Assembly: GCF_964188315.1 (NCBI RefSeq)
Contig: NC_135655.1
Coordinates: forward strand, 84,568,001-84,632,000
Length of the DNA: 64,000 nucleotides
Direction: 5' to 3'
DNA from: Podarcis muralis
Lineage: Eukaryota
Both the position numbers and the translations under genes were made by a program. The first letter of the stretch is position 1. Each line of letters opens with the position of its first letter. A model generated the notes under the pieces. It was given only the letters and a program-made list of their open reading frames with translations, was not told the origin of the DNA and made no database searches. Below, one piece after another: positions 26,327-40,049 of the stretch.

Positions 26327-29300
26327 GCAGGGCAGAGACAAGGAGATGCCGTAAGTACCTGGCCCTGCAGAATAGAAAGCAGAAGGAGAACTAGGCAGGA
26401 AGAGCAGGCTTACTGTCTTGACATTAGTCTATGAATTATAAAACCAGCTTTGATCTTGGATCAATGCCAATTATTTTAATTGGTTTGTTTTTATACTCGT
26501 GTTTTTAATTAACAATTATTTGCATTAGATCGGACTGTTATAGGATGTGTGATCTTTGCTGTGTATATTCTCATATCTATGGTTTTAAACTGCTTTGTGT
26601 ATAGCAAATGAAAATTTAAAAGCCATTGGTTTAAACCTCAGCTGGGTGCATCTGAGAATTAGTCTTTGCCTTTCAGGGCCACAGGCATCACTACAGGAAA
26701 CAGAGTATATACAGAGTATACATTTCAATCAGTATCATACCACTTCATAGCTACAATTCATAGAGTTCCCTGGGAAGAAGAATTGGTTGTAAAACCACTC
26801 TAGTAATTGAAGCTCTGTGAAGGGAATAGAGGTCTCCTAATTACTCTCAGCACCCTTAACAAACTACAGTTCCCAGGATTCTTTGGGGGAAGCCATAATG
26901 TTAAAGTGGTATATTAGTTCTGCAAATGTATGGTATGGATGTGGCCTAAGAAATGACATAGTCCCTCAGAGGGTAAGTGCTGTGCTATAGTTTTCTTCAC
27001 TGTCAAATTAGCCGCACATTTATATGCAGTGAATATTTCTTTTATGCCACCAGAGCAAGCAACAAGATGTTTACACTTCACTGAAATGAAATGTTGCTTT
27101 AAAACAGAGTTCTCTAGCTGATGCCCTCCAAGTGCTGATGAGTTCCAACTCAGTGGTCAGGGATGGGAAATACTAGAGTCCAGCAACACCTGGAGAGCAC
27201 TAGCTGGTGGAAGGCTGCCTTAAATCGACCCTTTGACATGATTAGAGCCCAGGTCTATGACCTATTTGTGGGATAACCAGCCTCATATAACCAACATACA
27301 TAAGTCTAATTAATGCATGAAGGAGTTAAGACCATAGAGTAAGCTGTCCTGCCAAGTTTAGTTCACTGTGGGAGGGACTAGGTAATCAAGACTTTGTTCC
27401 CCTTCAGTCTTTCTGAGAAGCTCAGTGAGTGAAAAGGCTAACCTTAGCTGCATAGCTCTCTCAAGCCACTCTTTGCGTTCCTATACCAATAACTTAGGAA
27501 CTTTCACCTCTGTAACTGACAGGTTTTACTGCCAGTGCAACTTTTTTCTGAATGCTGGATGGAAAAAAGTACATGAACCAGATCTTTGAAGAATTTGTAA
27601 GTAAACCAATCTTAACTTACCAAACATGTGGTCTTTGGAAGTTTTGGAACTCACAAGGGCATATTTTAAAGGTCTAACAGGCTATACATCCACATTTCAC
27701 TTTGCTGCATATTTTGTGATTTTAAATCTCTGCTGTGGTTCTCTCAACAAAGAGTATTTGCCCCAAACGTAGAACTTGGCATCCAGAAATTCTCCTTTTA
27801 TACCTATTTTTCCCCTTGAACCAACAATACTTAGCACAGCAGTGACCCTGGCCTTATGTATCAAAGGCAATTGTTTTCAGGTGGCATAAAATGAGCTAGT
27901 CAACCCAGGATGAAGGCCTGGTGGGTAGTTCCACTAAGTATCTGAACAGCTGAAACCCAGGCCCTACCTCACAGTCTCAATGGATTTTTCCTGATGATTG
28001 ACACATCCTTTGGTATATTCATTTTCCATGTAGGCAGAGCCCTAGTCACTCAAAGCTGCTGCCCGGGGTAAGAAAAGAGGAGCTTGATTGTGATGTCAGG
28101 GGCTCTGCAACTTGCACTCATGATTTGCGGTTGGCTGGCAACAGGCAGTAGGAAGTATGGTGTAAGCTCCAAGGCATCCTGGCTCTTAGGCAGAACCTCA
28201 GAAATACGCACCAGCTGTAACAACCCAGATAGACACGCCACAGCCCATAAATGAAATGGTGTAGCCTCCACATTTAAGCCTGCAATTCATTAGTCAATAA
28301 CTCAGGTTGCTATCTATCCATGGACCAATTCCAAGTAGCAAGATGCCATGGCATAGATGGTGAGAAGCAGCGTTCATTGATTGATTCATTCGTTTTGTAA
28401 CCAAAATAGTGATTCAGAAATGTGATGGGGCTTAACTTCAAGCATTTTCAAACATGAACTTCATTAAATTCCAAAACACAAAGCAACTTGGCAAACAATT
28501 CACTTGAGAGTTGCCTGCAGATGTCAAAAACCAACCACGGCAGACATCAATCAATTTGCGAAGAATTCTCTAGCTCAGATGTCTGCATTGTTAATACATG
28601 TGTTTGTGTATTAAATCTGTTTAATAAATTCATGTTGTAAATAATATTGTGTATTTAATTAAATATATTAAGTTTATATTTAAATAGATAATTTAATTAA
28701 ATTCATTAATAGTGCATATTAAGATAATATTAACTATATTGCGAACACTTTATGATATGGAATTTTAATTCACTGTTTGGCCCCCAGGTTGTGTGCCACT
28801 CTTGCAGCCCATTTGGTCTGAGAGGTTAGACCACCCTGATCTAGCCTAAAATAGTCTTTACAAAAAAAAAAAAGAAGACAAAAGCAACCCTCACTAAAAA
28901 TGCCTCAAACTACCTGGACACAGAGGTGGGAAGTGTGTCCCTTGTAATCCATGATGTCACTGGTGCTGATAGGTACCTATGACAGTTGCACAACAACCTT
29001 AAAACACAGTAGCTCTGCTGATTGTAATGGAGTTGCTAGCTAGGAGGTGACTCATACTTCACCATAACCTCCAACAGTGGTTTGAGAGAGCTTCATTAAC
29101 ATGTGACCCCAAAATTCCGGATCCCCTCAAACTGATGCCAAAGTTTTGTGCCGTGAACCCTGCGTTTTGTGCTGCCGCCCCCAAACAAGTAATTGACAAA
29201 GCAAATTGGGGTCACAAGTGGATGCCAAAAAATCCAGCCTTGTCCAATCAACTCCAAACCAGTACCAAAACCTGGGGGCCACAAGGACACCCCAAAACCC

Positions 29301-29579
29301 AACCACATCCTATAGACTCTAAACTGGTACCAAAGTGGTGTGCCGCAAACCCCGCTTTCTGTGCAGCCCCCCAAACTGAACAACTGACACTCAAGACAGA
29401 AGTGTTCCTAACAAACAATCTATTTCCGCTCTGATACTAATCCATTTCCTTAAGATACAGGTGATCCTGCTAAACCAGGAATTCCAGAAGGGAGCCACAA
29501 GGACCAAACTCAGCCCCTCCAAACGCTCTTGAACTCCAACCTCAATCATCCTTGATTGTGGGTGGATGGATCTTTCAGT

Positions 29580-29955
29580 TTCTCCTTTTTTCCAATCTTA
29601 AATTTGGTTTTGCACATTTCTGCAGCAATCTTCAATTTTAACTTTTGAAAATCCTCATAAAAATTCAGGATTTTTAAATTTATCTCAAGGAACACATTTT
29701 TGTATGCAGTTTCTCCCAGTACAATGCATTTCTGCATGTTATTTTTCCTAATATATTCTTTTTCATGCACACTTTTTATCTAATATATGCATTTTTGTAA
29801 ACAGTGTTCGATGGGAGAAGTGAATCACTCAATTCTGATATGAGCAAATTTCGAAGAGTGGTTGTGTTTTGGTTCTGATATTGTTTCAGAAAGTGTAAAA
29901 TTGATAAATTTGGCTTTAAATGAGAACTAAATCCAATTTCTTCCCATTCCTAACC
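29580..29955. repeat. AT-rich interspersed repeat family, unclassified
   Basis: Shares ctaatata.gcatttt and aaatt..ca motifs with similar blocks at ~23780-24210 and ~59330-59720. Confidence 0.55.
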
Positions 29956-30447
29956 TTGACCCATGGGCCATGCTGGCTGGGGCTGTTGGAGTCGAACATC
30001 ATATAGAAGCCCACAGGTTAGCCACTCTTTCTCTACACATTTTTGTGGACCATAGTAAACACCCTCTACAGAGACCAATGTCTCTTCATGTCCTAAATTA
30101 TTGTTCTCTTTATTGCTATGGATAATGACTCTGGAACACCCATAAAGTATGCCCAGACATCGTCAAAGCTGAAGGAAGTTGGACAGCTAAAAACTGCCAG
30201 AAAGATGTTCGCTTGGAAGGTGACCTAGTGTGGCCTCTTCTTGAATGTCTTCAGCTTTGCCATTTAAAGAACTAGATCTGTGAATGAAGATGCATCACAT
30301 CTCTGAGGCAGCCCCCACCACAAGGCTGTAGGCCCCAGAGCCAGAGAAATTTTGACCATACTGCATTCTTTCGTCTTGAGGAACACAAGTATCTCCTCCA
30401 TGGCTGATCAGAAAGGAAAATGGAAACATATGTCACTGTTCCCAACC

Positions 30448-30453
30448 TTTATT
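30448..30453 (-). terminator. Candidate poly(A) signal, copy B
   Basis: AATAAA ~440 nt after the stop. Confidence 0.45.
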
Positions 30454-30890
30454 AAACAGCCCATTGCCCTTTGCTAACCTCCGTCCTAATGGATCCCATA
30501 ATTCTCAGTTCTCACTATACTGGTAAGCAAGTAGACTTAGAGGACATGTTTCTGCCTGAGTCTTCTTCAACCATAGTGGAGTCGATTGGTGACTTGTGAG
30601 AGTGAAGCTATTCCTTTCGGCATGGGACTGTTTTTTTCTCTGCCTGAGGGGTTGCATTCACTACTGCATTGCCCCCCTCTTCCTTCTGCCCATCCCTCCT
30701 AGTTGTCATGACATGTTTCTTGGCAGCCAGTCTCTCCCCACTCAGCAGCTGCCTAGCTCCACCCAGGGTCCATTTTGCACCTACTTCTTCTTATCCGTGT
30801 CTTCAGTGTGTTTGTATCAGGCACACGTGGCAACAAGTTCCTCCCGACTTGCCACCAATATATGGGATTTAATTCATGTGCATCATGCTG

Positions 30891-32705
30891 CTAGAACTCA
30901 GGGATATGGGATTCTTCATCATCCTCAGTCTGGAACTCATCATGAGACTCGCTGTCTGTGTCTTCTGCAGGGGACAGATTTCCTGCTCTGTAGCCTTTAT
31001 TCCTTTGGTTGGGGAACGCATGCCTGATGGTGCGCACCTCATAGATGGGTTCAGAATCGGAGTCATCATGGTAACCGAACTGAGGTGCAGACCTGTATCT
31101 GTTGGGCTCACCATGATGCCCTCCAGCTTCTCTAATGGATGCTCTCTCAGTGGGCACACCTGCAAGAAAGGGCGAGACAGGTTAGACCAGAGGTTTTCAA
31201 CACTTTTGAGTCCACGGCTCTCTTAACCAACTACACTGAGTGTTCCCCAGCCTCCTCTCCTCTCCTGTCCTCTGGGCAGCTGCTGCTGCTGTCCCTGGTC
31301 TCTGAGCTGCCCCCCACCCAAAAGAGAGGTGCCTCCCAGAGGCACCATTTGCCTGCGGAGCCAATACCCAGGACCACTAAGGGGAGAGGGGGGCGGTCCG
31401 CTCTGGGTGACATCGCAGCCGGTGCCCCCCGGGGTGCTCACCACTTGCCACGCACCCCTGGGACGCGCACCACTCACCACGCACACCCCGGGACGTGCAC
31501 CCCATGCCATGCACCCCCCAATGAGCGCTATGTCCCCCATGGGCGGCACGCCACACCCCCTGGGATACACGTCACACCCCCTGGGATGCACACCAGCCAC
31601 GCCCCCAGATGTACACCGCTCCCAGTGCCAGAGCAGGTAGCTTCGCCACTGCCCAGGGCTGCTGCAATAAACAGCTGTGGAAGCCTTTGGCAGGCAGAGA
31701 TGCAAGAGAGCATCGGAGGAGGAAGGGAAGGAAAGAGGGACAGAGGCCAGTGTTGCCTGCGGCACCCCTGACCATCATCCAAGACACCCCAGAGTGCCAC
31801 AGCACACTGTTTGAAAACCACTGAGTTAGATATATCAGTGCCAAACAAGGTCAGTAGGATCGGACATCACATCCATGAAACTGCAAGACTATCTTGTCTG
31901 TGTCTCTCTGCATAGCTTAAATCTGCTTTCCATAACATGGTAGCTGTGAGCACTGGGGCACCCACCGATACATCTGCCCCACATGGGACCTGAGGCTTTC
32001 TTTAAAAGTCCCATTCTCTACTTCTGAACCTTACCATTAATAAGAACAGATTTAAGCTCTCCATCCTCTTCAACTTCTACTCGCTCCTGTCCATCCTCAA
32101 CAATCCTGGGAAGGAGAGAAATGCTGAATAAGTTACTCTGCCAGCAGAGGAGAAAGCCAAACTGCTTCTGGGTTAATCAAATCCAATTGGCCTCCCAAAC
32201 CAGGGATGAGAAATGGGTACCCTCCAGATGATGCTGAACTGCAACTCCCACCACCAGCAACAACCATTGGCCATGTTGGCCGGGGCTGATGAGGATGGAG
32301 TCTAACAACATCTGGAGGGCCACTGATTCTCCATCCCTGCCCTATAAGCTGACAACTGGTTGTAGGAAGAAGTGAACCTTGGTGGGAGAGTCAGCTCCTT
32401 TCACATCTAAGAAAGTTTTGTGTGACTAAAAACCTGGCTACATATGTGATGTTACTTTTCCCAGATGTGGCCTAGAAGTAAAATGTCAATACTGTAAATA
32501 CTGTTATCATTTATAAGTGTAATTTATAAGTTTATACTATATTTTATGTACCTTTTTAATTATTATTCTTTTATATTAAAATTAATTTCAATATATGTAA
32601 CACAGCTCTAAAATAAAAAGATTTTAATGTATGGCTAAATGGGTTGTACAAGAATTATGCATTAAAATGAAACAGGTACATTGCTTTTTTGTGCGTGTTT
32701 GTATG

Positions 32706-32750
<45 letters not shown>

Positions 32751-35700
32751 ATAAACATCCTGTCTTCAAGAACAGAAATCAAATCTGAACCTGGGTAGTT
32801 AATTAATATTCATATCATTACCTCTCAGAAGTTGTTAAATATATCTCTCACTCCAAAAACAAGCAGTTGCATAGTATTTTTTTAAAACAACAGCAACGCA
32901 CATAATTAATATGGTAATGATGGTCAAAAGCAAGAATTACAACAGTGAAATGTCAGATTTGAATTCTGCACTCTCCTAATTCACAGGCCGGGTTTATACC
33001 ACCCATAAGTCTGTAATGGGTGCTGGCTCTGGGTTCTGGTGACCCCTTGGGCAAGGGGCCCTCAGTGAGCCCCTCTCCTCACCAAGGCACTGTTGCCCAC
33101 TTACTTCTCCTCTCTGGGCCCACCCTGATCATTTGTCCACAGCAGAGTTTCCAAAACTTGGCTCTCCAGTTGTTTTTTTAACTACAACTCCCATCATCTC
33201 TAGCTAGCAGGAACAGTGGTGGGAATTGTAGTCTAAAAACAGTTGGAGACCCAAGTATGGGAAACCGTGGTCAAGAGGAAGCTGCTGTTCCATCTCCTTG
33301 CTCCTGTCACAGCATACTTGTAGAGGGGCTAGTGAACAGGCTGCAATAGCAAGGAAGAGGAGCAGGCCTCAGTGGCTCCAGAGACTGGGCAATGGGCCCC
33401 CAGAAGGGATGTGGGCCTTGGCGGTAGCCCAATGACACCTGCCCTTGCTATGGCTTGCCCATTCTCCTCCTGCTGCCACAACCCACAATAGATCTTCTTG
33501 TTCCCTTCCCTGAGCGCCAATGCTTGCCAGATTTTTATTTGTCCTATTCAAGTACCTTCAAGAACAGACTGACACATGGATACATGTCAAGTTGCTGTTC
33601 AAGGCACAGGAACAGTTCTAGCGAGGAAACTGGTCACCCTAAGGAAACCATGTGACTTAGTGAGTGAAAGCTACAATGGTTCAGGCTTGGCTGTCCACTA
33701 GTCCACCCTCACCTTTTGGTTGTGATCTGTTTGCCGTTGACGAAATTCGTTGATGAAGAGTAGAAGCAGAACCCATTTCCTCCACCAGCACATGCACCAA
33801 ATGGCATTGCGTCTCCTGAAAATCAAGATGGCAACATCAGGCCTCAAGTACTTGAGATGAGAGCCAAGAGATACACAGGTAGGAACACAGTAGATACTTC
33901 AGTGGACCTTCAGCTCTCCTGGGCCTGGCTTTTGGAGTAGTTTTCCCATCAGGCAGTTTGAGATGGCTTGGAAAACATCCAGGAGAGGAAGAACCATAGA
34001 AAAGGTGAACCTTCCATCCTGGTAACTGCTGCATAGGGGCAAGACCCACTGGTGTTGCTGAGGCCAATAGGCCAAGTGTATGTTCATTTCCTCGAATAAA
34101 GAGTCAACTTCACTGAAAACAGACATCTGATTATTTTAGTGGTGACCTGCCTCTGTCTCCAGCCTTGACAGTTGGCTACTTGGAGTGAGATTTTTATTTT
34201 GCCTGGTTCTACCATGTGTGTCTTGGCTTTCTTTCTTGACTCACCTGAAACTATTTCTCCAGAAACACCTCTTATATAGCACCCTTTCTTTCCTTGTGGC
34301 AGGTTGTAGGCCAGAGAGATTATGTGAGTTGACAGGCAGGGAGTTAGACCAATTGACTGTTAGGTACCTTCCAGTCCTCTGAAAGGAATCACCACTTACC
34401 AAAGAAAGGGTCCCGTCCTCCAAAGAAGTCCCTGAAGACATCATGGGCACTGCGGAAGTGGAACATATAATCAGGGCTCATGTTGGTCCTAGATGATGCC
34501 CCAGGTCTACCTGAAAAAGTTAAAAGGAAAGATATGTCAAAGCCAGGTATTCTGGATATTTGATGAGGTGATGGGGTGTGGGACACAGGGCCTGGAAGTT
34601 GTCAAAATAGAAATTCCTTTCCCTGTAGCTAGGTGCCCTGGAACCAGAATGCAAAAGCCAAGAAGGATGAAGATTGTTATAGGGCATTGCTGTATACAAC
34701 CCCCTTTGAACCACAGCAGATGAGCTCACCATGAGCAAGTACGGTCAGGACAGCTTAATGTTGGGGTAGTGAACTTGTGTCCCTTCAGATGTTGCTGAAC
34801 TACAACTCCCATAATCCCTGACCATATTTATTAGGGGCGATGGTAACTGGAGTCTAACCAAGGGCTACAGGTTACCCACCCCTGATTTATAGAAACACAA
34901 AATAAGGGTACAATCCAACCAATGCTAATTTCAATGGGAGAGAATGAATCACATGCTTTGCTCTCCTACTGAAACCAATCAGATTCCAAATTGTGCCCCA
35001 GGTATGTAAGCACTGGGCTTCTGAATAGACCCAATGTTCTGGGTGGAACCAGAGACAAACATATTGAAAGCTGAATCTAGTACTACACTGTACAGATTTG
35101 CTCATGATCATCTAAATTCCAATTCAGAAACTAAAGGAGCAGAACTTCCACTGCCATTATTTGACATTTGTCCCCAGTACTAAAACGGCAAATGTTTGGG
35201 TAAAATGCCTTATCTATTCTTTACACATTGCACATTCTGGATATCACTCTGCTAATCCTGGGGCTAAATATAAGTGGTAGCTTTTAATTGCCCTGTGACT
35301 GACCAATGTCCACCCCAAATGAGACTGGGTAGAGATCTTTCACCCTCACCCTGCAGCAAGTTCTTACCACACTGATAGTTTCATTTTCTCTTTACAAGAA
35401 TACCAGGTGTAATCTACATGTTGAGTGAAGTTGTGTGACCATTTCCTCCATTTTTTTCTTCCTTAACCCAAAGCAATCTGGGACGAATGGCACTTGGAGT
35501 GAGAGAGGCTACTTTGCCCTTCCTTTCCTCTTCTGTTATTTACCAGCTCAAAATCACACACACACATAATACAGACTTCTTTTTGCCATGAAGAGAAAGG
35601 CACAAGAACCTTACAGCAATCTTTCCTCCGACACAATCTATCCCAGGTTGCTTTAAAGTGAGTAAATAAATTTATACAATTTTTATCCCACTCTTCCTCC

Positions 35701-38700
35701 CAAAGGTGCCCAGGGCAGCAAACAACAAAACATTTAAAACAATGGTGTTTTTTAAAAAATATAAAACCAAAACATTCCCACAGCTAACTTTCAGTGTTAC
35801 CAACACACAATATCTTTTACAAAGGAAAGAACCGTGGAACTAGGTTAAATGTGTTGCTTGAGTCATCTTATCTTCTGCGACAGAGAAGATTTTTCCTGGA
35901 CTGTCTGTCACTTACCTCTTCCCAGTAGCCCATCCTTACCCCAGCGGTCATAGATGTCACGTTTGTTCTCTGAAAGGGAGAAAGAATATGAAGTCAACCA
36001 ACCCACCATCCGATCTCAGGGACAGTGGTTTCTAACAGCAGTCTGGCATGCCATGCTGGATCTTGAATAACAGGTGCATCACCTGGAAGTGGAAACCACT
36101 GTAGGCGCATCTAGGCTGTCAGCATTTCACAGGAGGGATTCAGTCACATACGAGAACTTTAGATTTGTGTGGTTAAAAAAGATGAAAGGGATCCATCGCT
36201 CTACCAGCACAACAAATCCACTTGAGAAAAACCCGGACTTTTTGCAGTTAGGAAAGTGATGTGGAATTGCATTGAAAAGCATGAGATGAACAAAGGATGA
36301 ATGGACAGGTGTATCAAATGATGAATGGGCAGAATTGTCATATAACTGTCCCATAAACAAATTGGAACAAATGTTCAATAAAAACCAGACATAGTCTAAC
36401 CCCTGTGTAAGCTTTGTGCAAGCAAATCTGGATGGATGCTCAATAAATAGTCCATTTGGAGGAGCCCTGCTTCTGCCAGTGTTCTTCCCACGATAGCACA
36501 TAGTTTGAAACTTGAAAATGCATCTTTGCCACAAAATAGCCAGGAGAGATTAACCATGGCAAAATAGATTATGCCACTAGGTAATGGTATATTGAACAGG
36601 GTCGCCAGGCTATAGAGCATGTGATAACCAACCACCACCTAAGCCCAGAGGATTTTAGCATCAACTGAGGATATTCAATGCAGCAATCAGGTCCTTGGTG
36701 AATTATTGTCACTTTAAGGTACAGGTGGAAAATACCAGCTTCCTTGAAATGAACAAGAGATACTATCAGAGTCAGATTAAATGGTGGAATTAGTTAAATT
36801 CAACCTTTTACTGCAGAGAAGACATTTTCAGCCAGCAGTGTGTCAAGTCTCTAAGAGAGACCAATAAAGAAGGGGGGGGCACACTGCTCACATACAATTT
36901 CTGAAACAATGGCCACCACAGCATGGGGGCAGCCCAATGCATGAAATCACACAAAGTCTTTTAGGGGGGCGTGCCTGTGCATGTATAAGGTAGCATTAAG
37001 GACCTACATGAATGTGCCAAGGATAATGAGTGAGGAAAGGCCTATAGTTAATGGGGTCTGCCTGTCTGTGTTAGCATTTTGCATGTAACAGGTGCCAGAA
37101 TATACTGCAAACCTTTGATACAGTTTGCACATCTTTTGAGCCTTTTTGTGTCCTTTTCTTCCAGGTCTCTCCTTTAAATGATGCACTGAGGGGGCTTATC
37201 TACACTTACCTTTCTTTCGCTCTTTCCAGGCATGGTCCATGCTTTAAAGCTTCGTGTCTGAGCACCCTCCTTTTTTTTTTTTTTTTTTTTTCTTCTTCTC
37301 TGAATCCACTCTTTAAAGCTCAATCGGAGCAAACAGCAATCTGCTTAAAACCCAAATTGATGTTTGCTCCAACTGAGTGCTAAAGAGCAGGTTTTTGTGA
37401 GGAAAGCTCTGGGGTGGGGAAGCCCCCACAAATTGCTACACTTAGTCCCCAGTAGGTGCAGAAGTGTCAAGTGGTTTTGCTTTCCCATTTTGGCATCCAA
37501 GTCATCAAATGAATTTGCTTGGATTTCTTGTTTTAAGCAAAATCCCAATCTTTGTTCTACCACATACTTGCATAGGAAACATGCAACTGGTAAAGCTTTG
37601 ATCAACAGGAGGAGAAGTGCTGCACAAGAGGCAGTGATGAGAGAGGGTTGGTGAGAGGTTGAATACTTACTGTCTGAAAGTACTTGATAGGCTTCTGAAA
37701 TCTCCTTGAATCTCTGTTCTGCAAATTGCTTGTTTTCTGTGTTTTTATCTGGGTGCCACTTTAGAGCTTTCTTCCTGTATCTTTATGGTCCCCCAGAAAA
37801 CACAATGGATGATAAAAGTCAGTATCCCTGTGACCATTTCTACAACTACAGATTTGTGTATGGTTAGCCATATTTTTCCTGGCACCAGGGCAAGGAATGG
37901 AGCAGACTCCTGTCCCTAGTCTCCATTTCTTCCAGAAGCAAAACAGACTTCGACTTTCCCTCAGCAAGCTTCTCATTACTTCATGGCATGTTCTATGGCC
38001 ATCCAAACCATACCGGTCTGTCTCAGCTTATGTGAGGGAGTCTTTTATGAAACTCCCATATAGATGGCACCAGACACCAGGGCAAATTGCCCACATGACA
38101 TCACAATCTTCTCAGAATTGTTGTGGGGAAAGAGACACCTTTTCGCATCTATGCTAAGACTTCCTACAGGTATTCAAATTCTGATGTGTCAAGAAATGAC
38201 CAAAAAAGTCAGCTATCCCATTCCAACGTCACCACAGATTCTGTGGGACGATCAGCTGAAAGAGTTCAACTCTCAGGAACTCTTGACGCGGATCTTGGTG
38301 GCTGCCAGAACTTAATTGCCCCCCAAATGAAAAACCTTAAGGGTCTTGTGTTAGCTGGGGGGGGAGGACCCTCATAAATTACATGTTGGCAAATGCTTGG
38401 AGGATCCTGAAAAAATTATATGCTGTTTGACGGAGTTTTATTATACATACAAAAATACAGACACACTAAAAAAAACAAAAACCTGCCCTCAGCAAGCCTC
38501 TCATACAAGAGGAGTCAGGGAACCAGCCCGATTATCAGACAGTGAGGCAACCTAATAATATAACCGTCCAGCAGTAGATTCTGTAGTACAAGGGTAGCAA
38601 AATATGAATATTCGGTGGTATTATTGTTTCTTGTGGTAATATATTAAGAAGCATGGTTTCCAAATGCATGTTTGGGCTAAGGAATTCAGCAGAGTGAAGT

Positions 38701-39564
38701 AGCTGCTTCATGTAGAAAATGCAGGCTTGGGTGGTATGAAGAGTGGTGGCAAGGTTTTGGAGGACTGAGGTGTGCCAGGAACTGAACCCTGGCATAAGGT
38801 TTGAGCCCTGACATTGGAATAGGTTCTGAGACTAAACCCTAGTGAGCCTTGTATCAAATTTTCATGGTGAGAGATAGAACCAGGGTACTAGTGCTATTGC
38901 CTAATTAAAGGAACTCTCAGCCTATTCAGGTGAGGTACGTGAACATTGCAGCAGGCATCCTTTTAGAAAAGGCCCATTATTCTTTGTGTAAGAGAATCCC
39001 AGAACAATGGAATCTGGTCATCCAGTCCAACCTCCTGCTCAGTAAAGGATTTGCAATGCAGGAAGGCGAATCTTTCTTTCATGGAGGTTGAAATTTACAG
39101 TGTGTTGTTGTTTTTTTAAGTTGTGTTTTTTAAAAAAATTCTGCTTCTTTTTTTGGGGGGGGGACTGCTGCTTCATTTAGCAGGGCATCCTTTTCATCCA
39201 TCATTTTTGTTGCTGCTGCTGTTGATTTGATCTAGCTGATTAATCAGTTAAATGTTGCAACCTCCCCTAGACGATGCCTAAACAGATGCCGGATCTCTAG
39301 AATAAAAAAATAACCAGCACCTATCGTGCTAGAGCCCAACCATCTCTTCCTTCCTTGACACCAAAAGTATAGCAAGAGATGAATGGTAATTTAATAACTA
39401 CCCTCCAGACCCCATATTGGCTGAGAGCCTGAGAGGGCAACATCTCTCTTAAGAACATGGAAGATGGTAATGGGGTGGACATGGGGAAGCGGCACTTACG
39501 CTTTTTTAATGTCATCCAAGGAAGCATTCTGGGGGAGACCCAGAGCTTCATAGTACTCGACCAT
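30891..39564 (-). CDS. DNAJB2-like paralog, array copy B, ~260 aa without an exon-6 equivalent
   Basis: Exons 39564-39500 ([22 protein letters not shown]), 37780-37671 ([36 protein letters not shown]), 35969-35916, 34510-34400 ([23 protein letters not shown]), 33815-33713 ([18 protein letters not shown]), 32105-32035 ([23 protein letters not shown]), 31159-30891 (GVPTERAS...EPIYE...HIPEF*). GT-AG sites; 783 nt, in frame. Exon-6 equivalent unresolved. Confidence 0.85.
31188..31823. mobile_element. hAT-type non-autonomous element with GC-rich internal repeats
   Basis: TIRs CAGAGGTTTTCAA / TTGAAAACCACTG; flanks GGTTAGAC and AGTTAGAT (6/8); internal cacaccccctggga repeats. Confidence 0.7.
32707..32748. 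repeat. (CA)n microsatellite
   Basis: Visible dinucleotide run. Confidence 0.95.
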
Positions 39565-40049
39565 GGTGGATTGATGTTTCCAGCAGAACCAGTGAGCAGG
39601 ATGTAAACACAGAAAAAGCAGCCAGGTGTTGATTATTGTCTCTGGGTGTCAACCAATGTCTTTGGGTTCTCAACTGAGGTTAGAGGTGGTCATGGCCATC
39701 CACCCGGCTGGGTAACCCCATGCGGAGTAGCAAAAGGCAGTGGTGTGGACAGTTGACCCTACGGCACATGAAAGAGAACTTATACCAGTACATTAGCATC
39801 TCCCAAATCACAAAGAAAAGGCAGTTGTGGAGGAAGGAGAGCTACGTACTTTTATACATTTTTGTCATTTTCCTTGACTCATATAAAGCCATACTGCCTT
39901 TATATAAGCTGAAGTAGCAAAACTACAAGCATTAGAGTTTTTAGCTGTTCAACTCTAGTTTGTCTCTCCCCCCGCCCCTTAGTTTGTGTTATCTTGGTAG
40001 CCTTACCTCCATAGACTTAAATGTGTAGTAAAATGCCAGTAGCTATGCA

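Noticed and set aside
31139-31848. Overlapping 100-210-aa ORFs on both strands
   Set aside because: Lie within the GC-rich hAT-like element; no transposase motifs.
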